From Lytechinus pictus (taxonomy: Eukaryota): a DNA stretch of 64,000 bases. Location of the stretch: contig NC_087245.1 of NCBI RefSeq assembly GCF_037042905.1, forward strand, positions 31,622,001 through 31,686,000, given 5' to 3'. A program made the translations under genes and the position numbers. Every line of letters starts with the position of its first letter. Within the stretch, counting starts at the first letter, position 1. Positions 11,979 through 26,268 of the stretch are shown here, piece by piece. A model generated the notes under the pieces. That model did not search any database. It saw nothing but the letters and a program-made list of their open reading frames with translations, and was not told the origin of the DNA.

Positions 11979-14349
11979 GTGAGTAATCTGATATTCAGTC
12001 TGTTTCCATTTTGTTTCAGGGTTTGTCTCTTTAAAGATATTTTATGATGATGACATTGCTTGGTAAAATCACTGATCTGAATATTTTTTAATATTCAGAT
12101 CGATGGGTAAAATAGTCTCAAATTTGCCATTAACTTATCCATTCATGTCTAATTGCTTGATCCGCAGCACTGGTATTTTAGTAGAAAAGCAGTTGAGGTT
12201 TAATCTCTTATGTGGAATTTCAAAGAGAAAGGAAATTCCCTTGTGATTTAATATTTTTTTTACACATGATTACGTGACAAATGGAATGCCCGCAAAAATG
12301 GATCCAAAGTTCCCGTACCAGATGGCCTTCTGGAATAGTTAGGAAATATTGTTGAATATCCCGAGAACAATGTAGTTTCCTAACAATATCATTGTTTAAA
12401 ACCTAGGATCACAAGTTTGTGCCGCGATGTAAACCAAGTCAATTACATGTATTTTCCCTTATAAGTTATATGCATGCTTGAAGGGATTCATTCTTTTTAT
12501 AACATAATATGACACGATACATGAATATTTAAAAAAACATTATTCGAGCAGAACATAAAGAATATTTGTGATTTCATTTATTTCGTGCAATGAAATACAT
12601 CAGAGAATGTGAGCTCTTGCCGACTACCTTTATACAGGCACGACATTAAAAGGAAAACCTCCAAATTGGCGAACGTATTCTCTCACATCAGATTTTGACG
12701 AAAATTCAAGCGACCACTTTCTCGTTATGTATATACTTCTGTTCGGGGTGATGGTAACTTGTACAAGATTGAATGAATTAAATGACATATCTTATTGATA
12801 TTAATTAACTTTTATTAATAACTATTAATATGCAACGTAACCAATAAAACAATTTAAGCACTATTAATCTAATTGATATTAAACTAATTATAGTTTTCAT
12901 TAATAACCTAATATTTAACGTAACCAATTTAAGGAAATATAGTACTTGTTCCCGACCGGTCATCTGTTATCTATGAGAACTGATGAGTGGGACAATCTAG
13001 TCGTACCAAAATTTTATAAAGGTTTAAAAACACTCAATATACCATAAATCTCTCTTCTTCTCTTAATTCATTTTTGAAAGCATTTTATAATATATAACCA
13101 GGAAAATGAACTGTATAAAGAAGTACACTTTTGTTTCTTAATTAGTTGATGAGTGTTGAATTTTTTTTTGTAATTGAATAAATTATGTACACTTATTTTA
13201 CATGAGGATGAATTATATGTGGCCTTACAGTGGTTTAGAAAGGGTCATCAGTGTACACTCATCGGTATTTTTGTTCATGTGCATGATTGCCTATTGAAAC
13301 TTTGACCACGTGGAAAGTATTATAAATTAGACTCAATTATCCACCTCAATTCGGCATCTCTTGTCTCTTCCAGTCTCTGTTCCCACGAACATTTAGCATT
13401 TTCCCATTCTTTCTTTCTCGTCCACTCTCTCCGTCTCTATCTTCTCTCTCTCTACATTAAAACCTTAAAATCACGTGGGTATCTCTCTCCTTCACTCATC
13501 GCTCTCCTGTAACTCTCTCTCACTGGCGTACATTATTGGGGGGCATGGACCCCCCAAAAATGTTCACTACCAAGAAAAAAATAGAGTAAAGAAAAAAAAA
13601 GGAAAAAAGAGAGAGAAGGGTGAAATTATGATTATATTCTCTTAATATTATGTCAAATCTATCACAAAATTGGATTTTTGTACAAAAAAAAAGATTTTTT
13701 TAAAAAAAAACTTTTGCCCGATACGCCATATCTGGCCTCCTCAAATTGTTTGGCTCATTACGCCTCACTTCTCTCACTCTTGTTCTTCCTCTCTCCCCTT
13801 CTCTGCCCCTCCCCCCAATATCGCTTTAAACGATTTTTTTTTTAATCTGTTATTAATCGTTAATGATGGTGGTTTCATCTCTATTTTTCGTTTACCAAAC
13901 GCCCCCATTTTTTTTATGTGGTTTCCGAAAAACGCCCATTCCATTAACGTCAAGGCATTTTAGTTCTCATATTGTCATTGAGCATGATATTACAATGTTC
14001 CACGGTTTATACCACAAATCAATTAAATAAAACAACTTTATATTCAAACATTCTGAAAGGTATAGACTTTGGTCTAATTACTTCTCATGGCGATGTTTGT
14101 TGAATTAGTTTAACCAGTCACATGTCATGTACGAAATATTTGATAGCTATCTTTAAATTTTTACTTATATATACATATTGTATGGAGTTATATTTTATCC
14201 TTCCATCATATTCATTTAATAAGAAAAGGTAAATAAAAGGAAATTACGAGTCTCAAGAGAATGTTAATTTGCCAAAGCGTAAACAATTTCTTCTGATTCA
14301 TACATGAATACATATGTTTGTTTGTTTGCTTTCTTGAAAAAAGGGAATT

Positions 14350-14898
14350 TTCTCAAATAGGCGCCACTTTATTGACGTCGGCGGCGGCGTCGTCGTCGTC
14401 AACATTGAGATCTTAACCTGAGGTTAAGTTTTTGAAATGTTATAGATCTAGTTCATGAAACTCAGACGTAAGAATAATCAAGTATCACTTATTTCTGGTC
14501 GCATGACTAAGGTCGAAGGTCATTAAAGGGTCAATGAACTTCGATTATGTTAGGGGAATCAAATGAAATCTTAAACAAGGTTAAGTTTTTGAAATATGAT
14601 AACTTTAAAAGGATAGCGATCTAGTTCATGAAACTTGGACACAAGAGTAATCTAGTATCAGTAAAGATCCTGCGTGAGTTTTAGGTCACATGACCAAGGT
14701 CATCTAAGGTCAATGAACTTTTGCCATGTTGGGGTATTTGTTGAACTGCCATCATATCATTTAACGTTCATGGATCTAGTTCATGAAATGTGGACATAAG
14801 GGTAATCATATGATCAAGGTCATAATGTAAGTTATGGTCACTGCTGCTATATTGAATCGCGTAATGCAGGCAAGACTGCCAAAGGCGTTCCACTTGTT
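14350..14898. mobile_element. Interspersed element with about three ~160-bp internal tandem units (HINE/Helentron-like)
   Basis: Starts near a GGCGGCGGCGTCGTC microsatellite. GATCTAGTTCATGAAA recurs at about 14445, 14618 and 14772. Ends ...CCACTTGT. Confidence 0.55.
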
Positions 14899-16231
14899 CT
14901 TGGATAAAACGCTTTCCATTTTCTAGCAAGGTATATGGTCACTATAAACATGAATAAATTATTGTACAAAGTATAAATAAAGTTATTGCTTTCCAAAGAT
15001 ATTTGTTAAAACTGCCCTCTTTTTTATTAATGTTACCAGATTATTATTACTTTTAATACGGGACAATTTTGCTTCACAGTTATACCAAATGTTGGCCGGA
15101 CAAACATTCGGAAATATGCAGTAGATTGGCTCCCCCTTTTTTACTTTTTTCTTTATATATTATGTACCCTAATACCTCCTCCCCCAATGAATTACAGTGT
15201 AATGTAATTTTTATTTATGTATGATTCAATATTTTTCTAATTTACTGTTTATTATATAGAATTTATTTTGAATTTTAAGGCGCCTTGAGCATTCCTTGGG
15301 ATATTATGTGCGCATTAGAAATATGTTTTTTATTATTATTATCATTATTATTTATACATTTCTCTACAATATTCAATCTCAAATAGCTATCACGTCATCA
15401 TGTGGATTCCCGAGATTATAGGATGATTTTTTTTGTGAAGATGTATAAAGACGAATGATTTTTTAATGTAATTACGTGTACGTGCCCCAAACGTTGTTTG
15501 TCGAGAATTATTGTTTATCTGATAGTTTCATTTTTTAATTCATTTTCCCTCATTTTTCTTTTTGCTACTGATGTGTCTGAAACAAGATTCAAGATATACT
15601 AGTATAAGATGATGTATTTATTTGTTTACCTTATGAATTAATAATATTGTATTATTATTTTGACACAAGTGCAATTCACACTGTGAGCCCTTAAGATTTT
15701 GTTGAAGTTAATGTCTGCTCTTTGTATAGGCATATATATTCTATTTTGTCCATAAACCAATGGTGTATAGCCTGCTACTAAGTGTAAAATATAATTGAAA
15801 AAAAAGCAAGGACTCAAATTTTTCGTAGTTTCAAAACATTTTACTTCTCAGCACATTTTTATTTCCTGATAAAGTACAATGCACACGCATGATAGCATGA
15901 CCTCCGAAGAAAATTAAGGTTATAGAACAAATCTATAATATTTACCATTATAGCTACCATGGTAACGCCCCAAAACTAGAACCCAGACTCAGTTTTATGG
16001 CACTCGTCCATTCAAATGGTTTTTTTTTTCTGAGGTTTTGAACAAATAGAATAATATTGTTAAGCAAGCTTTAAATCTTGGAATGCCAAGGTCACCAACT
16101 ATATTGAATCTACATCGTGCACATAAATGCTGCAGAGCTACAAAATTTCTTGCATGTGAAGAGTTAAGGCACTTATGAAGACAATTATTCTTGTAAAAGA
16201 AATAATCTTGAATATAATTGATTAATAATAA

Positions 16232-16414
16232 GGACATTTAAAAACTGAACAAGAAATCTCATCTTTTCCAAATATAAGTAATCATCATTACTATGTTATT
16301 TAATCTCCACTCGGATGATTATATATTATAATCATCAAGTAGAGAATTAATAACAAAGAAATGATAACTTATATTTGGAAAAGAGGCGTTTCTTTGTTCG
16401 GTTTTGAAATGTTC
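16232..16414. repeat. Imperfect inverted repeat (hairpin MITE remnant)
   Basis: AAACTGAACAAGAAA..CTTTTCCAAATATAAGT pairs with ACTTATATTTGGAAAAG..TTTCTTTGTTCGGTTTT. Confidence 0.65.
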
Positions 16415-16977
16415 ATTCTGTTATCTCTTTCGTTAAAAGCGCACACATAATTTCACGTTTTGATTTGATAGGCGAACCATTGGTGTATAGCCTATACCGT
16501 TTCACATTCGTTGCCATGTTTCCAGAGGACTGTTTTCTTTCTCCAATGTTTGAGAAAAAAAAACACTTTCAAATTACCAGATCTAAATTTCAGTTCCATT
16601 CTGTTTATATAGATTGGTGTGATCCCATAACGGTATCCTCCATCCGTGGGTGATCATGATAACGAATTTGAAATTGAATGTATTCATGGATCATTATAAA
16701 TGAACTTGTTATTTAGAACGGCAAGGTCATTGTAAATACCAGGGCTATATCCTGTTCATGAACAATTATAACCAAATAAAAACCAAATCGAGGTCTGACT
16801 TTTTAAACAATTTTTTATTCATCTTTTTAAACAATAGATCATTAGAGGATGGGGTTTAACAAGGGAGGTTTTTGTGTAGGCCTGTTTATAGTCTACAAAC
16901 AGACTCAAATTTGACACTTGAATACATAAAACCATGTCTAGGATGGAGACTAGACTCCAAACCCTCTCAAGAATAGC

Positions 16978-19454
16978 CATGGGCGGAAATCCCAGGGGGG
17001 ACAGGGGGGACGTGTCCCCCCTACTCAAAATAGTAGGGGGGACACAATATCAAATGTCCCCCCTACTATTTTTTGTCGTTTATGATGGTAAGAAATACAT
17101 CATTCTAAATCGAAATAAAACATGTATTTTGGGACGAGTTGGGACGAGATGACCGTACTTTTGGGATGATAACCTTTGTTTTGCTTGTCAAATGTTCCCG
17201 CCCCTTGTCCCCATAGGCGGATCCAGGGGGGCCGAGCCCCCCCCCCCCCCCCCTTATTGGCGGAGCAAAAAAAGAAAAAAGGGAAAGAAAGAAGGAAAAA
17301 GGAAAAAAGGAGGGAAAAGAGAGGAGAAAAAGAAGAGAAGGACGACGAGTGCATAAAATAAGATGAGGGGAAGACTTGGAAAATAAAAATAATCTTTCGT
17401 GCCACTATATAAAATTTTCGCTCGCGCTTCGCGCTCGCATTGCCTGTTAGGTGATTTACATATTTTGTTCAATATGGAGCTCAAATATCAAGTTTGGAAG
17501 TCAATGTACAAAACATATTTCAACTCGGAAATCGAACTTTCATTATTTTGTGTGATTTACAAATTGATTTTTAAAAGTGCTCTGTAAAAATATCAGTTTT
17601 ATGGTCTGAATAATTTTATCAACATTTGCTGCTTGCGCTGCGTGCTCGCAAATTTTGATTTATCAGGTACCTATTATTTTCGTGTATTCCATAAAGTTTT
17701 TAAAATGTCCCTTTTCAGGTCTTATTTTCAAGAGGTATCAGCTAGCGCTGCGCGCTGGCATTTTGATTGGCGAGTTATGTATGTTTCAATATTGATTATA
17801 CAACAAACTACTTAAAATCCCATTTCCATGACAGTTTATCAAAAATTTTAGCTCGCGATTTGCGCTCGCGGCATTAATGGTAAAAAATATATTAACTGAT
17901 GCATCCTATTCATAATTACAAAAGTGAAATGTCCAGTTTTTATGCCATAATATCATCAGATTTCGCGCCCTCATTAGGCATTAATAAATATGATATTAAT
18001 TTAATAATAAATTGTCCCTTTTGTTTCATCTCGCGCTTAGCAAGAGGAATAGGAAGATATTCATCATTTTCATGTCATGTCGTAAGGATGTCCCGGTCCT
18101 ATGTCAAAACTCAAAGTAATAATAATGAAAATTTTAGCTCTTTTTTTTAATTGCGATCCATATCCATCTTGCAATTTTCCTACAAAGTGCTTGAAATATA
18201 AAGCTGTAATAGACTCTTTTTTCAGATCGGAATATGAACGTTTCATGATTTTCATGATTAAAGATGTATTTAGAATGCCTAGATTCTTTAGGTTTATATA
18301 ACATGGTCTAAATATGAAACGCGCGCGCGCATGTTTATTCAAATACTTAACTTGTTCTCTATTTAAATCATTCTCCAGTTTCAGATCACAATATCAAAAT
18401 TTTTCTGCTCGCGCTTTGTGCTCGCATTATTAATGTAGGAAGACCCCCTATTACTCATCCTTTTCATGATTTACAAAACATTGATTTTGATTGATTTATT
18501 TTATCTAAACACGGTAAAAAGCCCTCGATCAGCCTATGGCTGTTTACAAAACATGAACAGAGTGGCCCATTTTTAGGTCTAAATCTCGATTTTTTTGATG
18601 AATTGATGAATTATATAGCTATCCTGTTCACGATTACAAAAATTGATTAAAATTTTCCATTCTTTCTTTAGAAATTTTCACAAATTTTCAGCTCGCGCTT
18701 CACGGTCGCATTTTTTAATTGTTGAAATATGTAACGCCTTCATGGCTAAGTGCACGCAGTCCTTAACAGCTACCTTTTCAACAAGTACCAGTTCAAAACG
18801 TATATCAAAAATTTCTGCTCGCGCTTTGCGCTCGCATTTTTAATACTCATCCTTTTCATGATTTACAAACATGAATAGAGTGTCTCGTTCAGTAAATATT
18901 ATGGGACTAAATCTCGAAATTTTCCGCTCGCATCAATTGTCTACTTATATACCTATTCTGCTTGAGTTACAAAAAGTGCTTAGAATTTCCATTCTTTAGG
19001 TGAAAATGTCAAAAAAAAAATCAGCTCACGCTTCGCGCTCGCATTATTTGATTGTTAAATGCTAACTGCACGCAGTCTTTAACAGGTATCTTTTCCATCA
19101 GTTCATTTCTGCTCGCGCTTTGCGTTCGTAATAATTATTAAGTTGCATACACATTTTTTTTCAGGATAACAAACATTGCCCAGAATGTTCAAATTTTAGG
19201 AAAAAATACATAAAATTTCGCTTCGCGCTCGCATCATATAAATAATGATTATGATATTATATATCAATTTATAAGAATAAAGCTAAGAAGTGACTAATGA
19301 GGACTACCCCTTCAAAGAAACAAACAAAAATCATCTTCGAGCTGCCGATCGGGGAAAATATGGCTGAAACAAATTTCCGCCCCCCCCCCCTATTGGCGAA
19401 GGCTGGATCCGCCCCTGTGTCCCCCCTACCTTTTGGGAGAGATTTCCGCCCCTG
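16978..19454. mobile_element. hAT-type MITE with 8-bp TSD, hosting a nested element
   Basis: TIR CATGGGCGGAAATC / GATTTCCGCCCCTG. TSD AGAATAGC at 16970-16977 and 19455-19462. Confidence 0.85.
17212..19417. mobile_element. Nested ~2.2 kb hAT-like non-autonomous element with degenerate internal repeats
   Basis: TIR CATAGGCGGATCCAG / CTGGATCCGCCCCTG, flanked by TGTCCC(C) on both sides. Many CTCGCGCTTCGCGCTCGCATT motifs inside. Confidence 0.75.
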
Positions 19455-20191
19455 AGAATAGCCACAGTACACGAGTGAAACTAGTCTCACTACTTCAGAC
19501 TCTGCACTATGCATTTTGCACGTTCCGATGTTTATGCATACTGTAGCCTATATACAACATTGTTAGACATATGTCACTGTGCGTGAGTGCATACCGCAGT
19601 TTCATATTCCCCCTTCATCATATTTATGCTAGGTAAACAATGTTGACTCAATTCACCGAAGCGATAAAAAGGAATATTTCAATGACAGTCCGAAGTCTAC
19701 TATATTTTTGCAGTTCTGTTGATGTAATTTTTGCGGTCTACCTACTATTATATATTTGGAAATTTCACAAATAACTAAAGAGGAACTAGAGTAGCAATAA
19801 ACCAGTTTATCTCACTGATGGTGGTGATGGCTTGTTTATTTGTTTTATTTGTATTCTATATTCGAAATAAAATAAAAAAAGGTTTAATATATAACATAAC
19901 AAAAGCAGGCTACACATTTGTTTCGACTGAAGATAAATTACAAAGCATTTATTTTTAGTATACAACCAAACAGTAACTTCAACATACAATAGATGGATTC
20001 TATTTCGTCCAACGAATCTACTAAAGAACTTCTGTCGTTATGCTCGACATGCAGTCCAGAACAAAACACATGGGAATAACGAAGTGTGTTACTTAAGCAG
20101 AAAGTCGTCATTACAAATTAATAATGAAAGTAGATAATTCATTAAGATGCCGACGGTGTTGATGATAGTGGTGATGATGGGGATGATAGTT

Positions 20192-20430
20192 CACTGTAAA
20201 AACTGCGGTGTTAAAACTGACACCAGTTGGTGTTAATAGAGGACCACACCCCGAGGTGTTAAAATTACACCCTAGAGATTAAAAATAACACCAACGCGTG
20301 TAAATGTAACAACCAAAGGTGTTGTAATGACACCTATAGGTGTAAAACTAGCACCACCAATTCAACACCGGTGTAAAATAACTGGTGTGGTCCTCTATGT
20401 ACATCGGTTAACACCACAGTTTTTGCTGTG
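20192..20430. mobile_element. CACTA/EnSpm-like MITE
   Basis: CACTGTAAAAACTG...CAGTTTTTGCTGTG termini with 2-bp TT TSD. Related fragments at about 20574-20632, 27185-27345 and 38180-38338. Confidence 0.7.
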
Positions 20431-22899
20431 TTGGTGTTGGTGGTGGTTGTGGTGGTGGTGGTGATGGGGAAGGTGGTGGTGATGATGGCTGTGATGGGGA
20501 TGGTAGTGGTGTGGTGGTGGTGGTGATGATAATGATAATGATAATGGCGGTAATGGTTGGGTTGGTAATCGTGCACTGCAAAAACTCTGGTGTTGATTGA
20601 ACACCAGCCCGGAATCTATGTATGTCCACACCTTTAATGCCGCATGGGCCGCGGAAACGGGGTGGGGGGGGGGGGGCTTGGTGAGCTTCAGTTTCCAAAA
20701 CCGTGTACAAAAACATATAAATGACCATCTGATTGTGATTTTTTTTTGCTTGGCCAGCCCCGCCAATTATGGCTCTGCCTCCTCCCCACTTCAAAACCGT
20801 TCCTTGGCCCGTGTACCCTTTCAAATGATATAGCAATGCGATATGATTATGACCAAACATTCTCACATTCGGTTTAAACTTGATAATGCATTCTCTTCTA
20901 CTGGTGAATGCGTACGGAAATTATACGACCGTCGCACGCCACCCTGATGAGATCGCACGATAACATATGATTATAATGTTTACCCTATGGAATACGAATA
21001 CGATCGCCCTGCGATCACCCTACGATTATCGTAGACCAAATGTAAAAAAAAGATAAAAACAAAGGAAAAAAGAGGGTTATAACCCCATTATAACTAGGGA
21101 ATTATTATTTTCATTGTTCATTCTTCAGAATAAAGAGCATACATGCCTATACATGTAGTGTAAGTGTAGAGTACTTTTTAAAGAAGAGAGGACCAGCATA
21201 TTATTTTTTGGGGATAAAATTTTTGAATATCCTTACGTGGGCATCAAAGGGGAAGAATGCTTTTCCCTTTTACTTTATTTTGCTAAGAGTCAGAGGATGC
21301 AACATGTTCCAATAACCTGCCAAAATAAATAAAGGAAAGCCAAGAAAAATAGACAATGTATCGTCTTGGGTTGGCATGCATTGCGTTGTTGGGAAACCCC
21401 GCTCAAAGTTTGCTGATCGCATGGAACTTAAAGGGGGGGGGGGGCGAAGCGATCTGACCAACTTTTGGCCGTTCTCAAGAAAATTACGACTCGGTCATGC
21501 ACCTTTCGATCCACTCCCTCACACCATTATGAAAGTGAATACAAACGACCCCAAAAATGCACTCTGCGTCCATTTTCAGTGACCATTGACTCCCAGGTCC
21601 GAATATAAATCCAGATTTCAAAAGATATTGTTACAGATGTTAAAGTTGGTTAAAATTCTTATCAAAGTTTTTATATTATTAAAGCCGAAACAACATGATA
21701 CTTGTGCGTTGTAATGGTTATCCGAAGACACCACAGATATCGTACGATGTTCCTGTGCTGATCGTAGGGTATCCGTTATGCCATTTCGCATGTAATCGTT
21801 TGATGTCCGTATATTGTACGATGTACTTGCTCTGATCGTGCGACGCCTCTACGATGTATTTAAGGGCTACGATCCTACGATAAAAAAAAATCAATTTTTA
21901 AATTAACTTCACAAGATGAGATATGTGATTTTCATGCCTTGTGTGACCCTTGGAACTGTCAATATTCTGTTATTACAAATATTCAAAGACTATTGTTTAT
22001 TTATGTGTAGGAAAAAACTCTCTTGGTAAAAAATTTCTGCGTTTAGAATTCGTTTGTAAATGAGAGAACTTTGGAATCTTCATGAGCAGTATTTGTTTAA
22101 AAGGGTTGAGTTGGGAACTGAAAGGGAATTACCCATGCAGTCTTTTGCAAATATTGCGTTTAATTCACAAATTATTGAAAATAAATCCCCACTGCTGCAG
22201 AATAACCAGCATGAGATCAATAAAGATGAAATTGATAGAAAATTTTGTATTATGAAACAAACCTGTCTCAACAATTGTGAAATGTCAGTTTTATATGTTA
22301 TGCCGTGCACGGTTATATTTTTCAGTGTATATAATTCACCACATTATATTCCCGCCAAATCAAGGTGGAAGGGGTGTAGGAATAAAAATCAGGTGGAAGA
22401 GCGGTTTGTTGAAAATCTTGTGGATCGAAAGGGTTTGTCAATCTCTCAGCCGCTCCAAAGCAGAAAATATGTACTTGTCATCTTATCAAAATATTTTTTC
22501 TTGATCATATATAGTAATGTTCTTTGACATCAGCCTTGCATTTAGACAAATATATTTACGTTAGGTCATATAATACCCCTCTTAAATTTCATAATTTGTT
22601 TGTAATTAGTGGCCCGATCCACTTTGGGGCACATCCTGCCCGTATACCCTCCCCCCTCCCCTCCTCTGAGAGCCAGACAAATATTTGTTAGGGGAATATG
22701 TCGTGTATACGCTAGCGAGGACCCTTTTTTTTGCTTGTCAAATTTTTCCTATTATAAATCACCATTAATTGGGAGTGAAAATATCTTTTTCTTTTTTTTT
22801 CTTTCTATACAAAATGCTCCTTTTTGGGGAAAATGCTGGATCCGCCCCAAATTGTAATTCTACTTTTCTTCAAAATGAAAAAAAAAATATATAATTCCG

Positions 22900-23220
22900 A
22901 TGTTACTACTGCTATTACTGCTTCTACTGCTGTTGTTGCTACTATACTACTACTAGTAGTAGTAGTAGTAGTAGCAGCACTACTAATACTACTATTACTT
23001 CTACTTCTACGACTACTTTTGCTACTACTACTACTACTGCTACTATACTACTACTACTACTATTGCTACTACTACTACTGCTGCTGCTGCGGCTACTACA
23101 ACTACTACTACTACTACTTCTACCACTGCTGCTACCACTACTACTACTACTAAACAATATAATAATATTAATAATATAATGATAATAATTATCATAATAA
23201 TAATAATAACAATAACAATA
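22900..23220. repeat. (CTA)n/(ATA)n microsatellite
   Basis: Visible trinucleotide runs. Confidence 0.95.
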
Positions 23221-23224
23221 GGGA

Positions 23225-23382
23225 TTTGTATATATCTATATAGAAATAATTATTCTGGGGCGCACTATTATTATTACCCCGGCTTAAGCCAGAGCTGCCT
23301 TCCATGCAGCGCTCAGTGCATTCAAGGAATTTATGCTACCCGGGTACACATTCACCCCACCTTGGTAGAGTGCAGCACAAAT
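23225..23382 (-). mobile_element. 3' fragment of the same SINE family as 56450-56697
   Basis: TTATTACCCCGGCTTAAGCCAGAGCTGCC...CATTCAAGGAATT...GAGTGCAGCACAA matches 2185-2290. Confidence 0.75.
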
Positions 23383-25111
23383 TTTGTTAAAATAAACTTA
23401 ATAAAGAAATCATTTTCATCAGATGCCATAGCGTAACGGTAAAGTGTATTTACCAAAGCAGTGAATCCGACCTCGAGCTTCTTGAACATTCAAATGGTGG
23501 GTAATCACGTGTATTGTATATAGACTGAGACACCGATTTGAGGAAAACAATTTCAATATTCTATTTATAAAGTGAAAACGAGAGTATGGAAATATACCAA
23601 CTTACACAAATTCAAAGGTTGTTTACAGTGCAGCATGTTGACAGGAATCGATTTCCAGCTGACTTATATTGGCTTTTTAATTATGAAATATGGGCCCCTT
23701 TGTATAAACAGAATAGGGTTTGAGTGAGTGATTAATTAATGTGAAACGCGTCTGATTGGTTAATTTTTTATTTATTGTTTCTGCAACCTTTCATAATTAT
23801 ACAAAGTAGCAAAGAAAATACATAACACATAACAAAATATTTAACAAGAATAAAAATGTGAACAAGGTCATATTTTCTATAACAAAGATTCTAAAAGTTT
23901 GCAGGGGTTGCCACTATAAGCTTAGCTTGACTTTGTGGCAACCCCGGAAAAAATTACAAATCATATTTGACAATATCATCTAAATAAGAATGTGCAGAGT
24001 GGAAGGGGGAGGGGGCTGAGTAGGGAAAGAAACGCATGATCCTTACAATGTATTTTCATATTTTATATCGTGTTTTTTAATGATTAGCGTTAGGAAACAA
24101 AAGTGCAATGATCTTTATTTTGGCTATCGCAATTTTCGGGGCCCTGGATTGGTCAATTTTCACTTTCTGTCTGTGATCAACTTTCTGTGAAATATCAACC
24201 TTTCTAAACTCTCATTGTATTGTTGCTATCATAGTTTGACGAAAGAATTATTAAGCGACATATTATATCTTCACCACAAAATAATGCAATGAAGTGTTTG
24301 ATTCTAAGAGAATATGCCTTAATTACACACAATGGCCATGTCAGATAAAAAAAAATAACTCCATTGACTATCTGTCTTGAAAGGGATTTCCTTGTTAAGT
24401 TTCACATTAAGTGTCCATTTTGTATGCTATCAAAATATTGTATTAAAACATGATGAAATTAAACTGTATTAAAATTCCTGTACTTTAAGTAATTAAGTAT
24501 CTCCAGGGATAATGTATATCGTGCATTGAAATTTAATGACGTGTTGTTGGATAGACCATAACAGGAATAAATATATAATACCTTTCATTCTGGTTTTAAG
24601 AGTAAAAGTCTTTAAGCATTATGAAAACATTGACACCAGAAATGAATAAAAATTTGTCCGTAAAACATTGTAAAGCATAATTCCTTTACATTAATTAAAA
24701 CATTTTTACTGTTATTCACAATAAAACAACCTTCTTTTGTTTTCTCATTGTCCCTTTCTCTTTCTATTAATATTGATATTATTATTGCTGTTGTTATTAT
24801 TAATGTTATCATGATTGTTGTTTTTGTTGAATGTAGTTGTATATAATAGGAGGAGGAGAAGCTGTACGTAGTAGTTGTGGCTGTAGTAGTTGTGGTAGTA
24901 GTAGTGGTAATATGATAATAAACACAGCATTTATTATGCGCCCATCTATCTAGTAAACTATTTCGAGGCGCAGAGGGATGGAGGGATTACAGAAAGAAAT
25001 GTTTGCTTGTGTGGGTGTATGGTCAGATCAAATTACATTAACATATTTAACAAAAGTAAGAAGAAAACAGAAAGGATTTTAAATACTTTTTAAACGCTTC
25101 AAGTGATTCAA

Positions 25112-25148
25112 TAGTTGTAGTAGTAGTAGTAGTAGTAGTAGTATAGAA

Positions 25149-25185
<37 letters not shown>

Positions 25186-25399
25186 AAGAAGAAGAAGAAG
25201 AAAAAGTGTTAGTAGTAGTAGTAGAAGAAGAAAAAGTATTAGTAGTATGGTAGAAGCAGTAGTAGTAGAAGAAAAAGTATTAGTAGTATTTATTAGAAGC
25301 AGTAGTAGTAGTAGCAGCAGCAGCAGTGGTAATATTGGTGGTGGTGGTAGTTGTAGTAGTAGTAGTAGCAGTAGTAGTAATACGTAGTAGTAGTAGTAA

Positions 25400-25446
<47 letters not shown>

Positions 25447-25492
25447 TAGTAGTAGTAGTAGTAGTATAGTAGTAGTATAGTAGTAGTAGTAA

Positions 25493-25537
<45 letters not shown>

Positions 25538-25640
25538 AAACAGCAGCAGCAGCAGCAGCAGCAGTAGTACTAGTAGTAGTAGTAGTAGTTGTAGTAGTAG
25601 TAGAAGTAGTAGTGGTAGTTGTTGTATCAGTGGTAGTAAT
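25112..25640. repeat. (TAG)n compound microsatellite
   Basis: Visible TAG/AAG/CAG runs. Confidence 0.97.
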
Positions 25641-26116
25641 TTAGGATAAGGGTTTAATAATCAATTACATATTCTACAGCTCTTATTCAAATTCAAGCTC
25701 ATAACATTTATTCAAGCAAGCAAATATGATATGGAACAAGTGACAGTGTACTCTTTTTGTTATGATTCGACACAATTGAGCGATGTTGAATAACTTGGTA
25801 TCAACTTTATCTATTCATTCTCTTTAACATTGATATATTCAACGCTTGACTAAATGCCTTTTGCTCATACACAAGTATGGCAAATAACACTGCTGGATCT
25901 TTTAACATGCAGTTTCTTTCGAAAGTCAACTTCCGTGTTCTTTCAGGCATGGAATACAGCCACGAATGACCCATATATAATATTTTTAAATGGAATTAGC
26001 CCCATAAAATGAACTGTGGTTGATTATGCTTACTAATCGACTACAGAACATATACAAGGGACAAGGTGCACCCTGTATTGAAAAGGGGAAAAAACAGAGT
26101 CAAATGTTTATGAGAT

Positions 26117-26268
26117 CTGGATTCTGTTTCATAAAGACTTAAAAACAAATTTGCAATAACAGTTAAAAGCTACTGGAATCCTTCAATCTGATTGGCTGAT
26201 AGTAAATTTGTTATAAAATTGTGCATTTGTTATTTTAAGATTAAGAGTCTTTATGAAATGAGACCCAG
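26117..26268. mobile_element. Short Harbinger-like MITE
   Basis: CTGG..GTTTCATAAAGACTT pairs with GAGTCTTTATGAAATG..CCAG. Internal CTGATTGGCTG; related inverted copy at about 8630-8755. Confidence 0.6.

Noticed and set aside
12940..13010. CTGATGAG within a weak hairpin (also CTGATGA at 20944) as a hammerhead
   Set aside because: No correctly placed GAAA or stem II/III.
19571..19638. Candidate signal-peptide exon for the adaptor gene (also 26930-26998)
   Set aside because: Donor phase does not match the phase-0 acceptor at 27422, and the peptides lack a hydrophobic core.
22060..22527. 155-aa ORF
   Set aside because: No recognisable motifs, no convincing splice sites, AT-rich intergenic composition.
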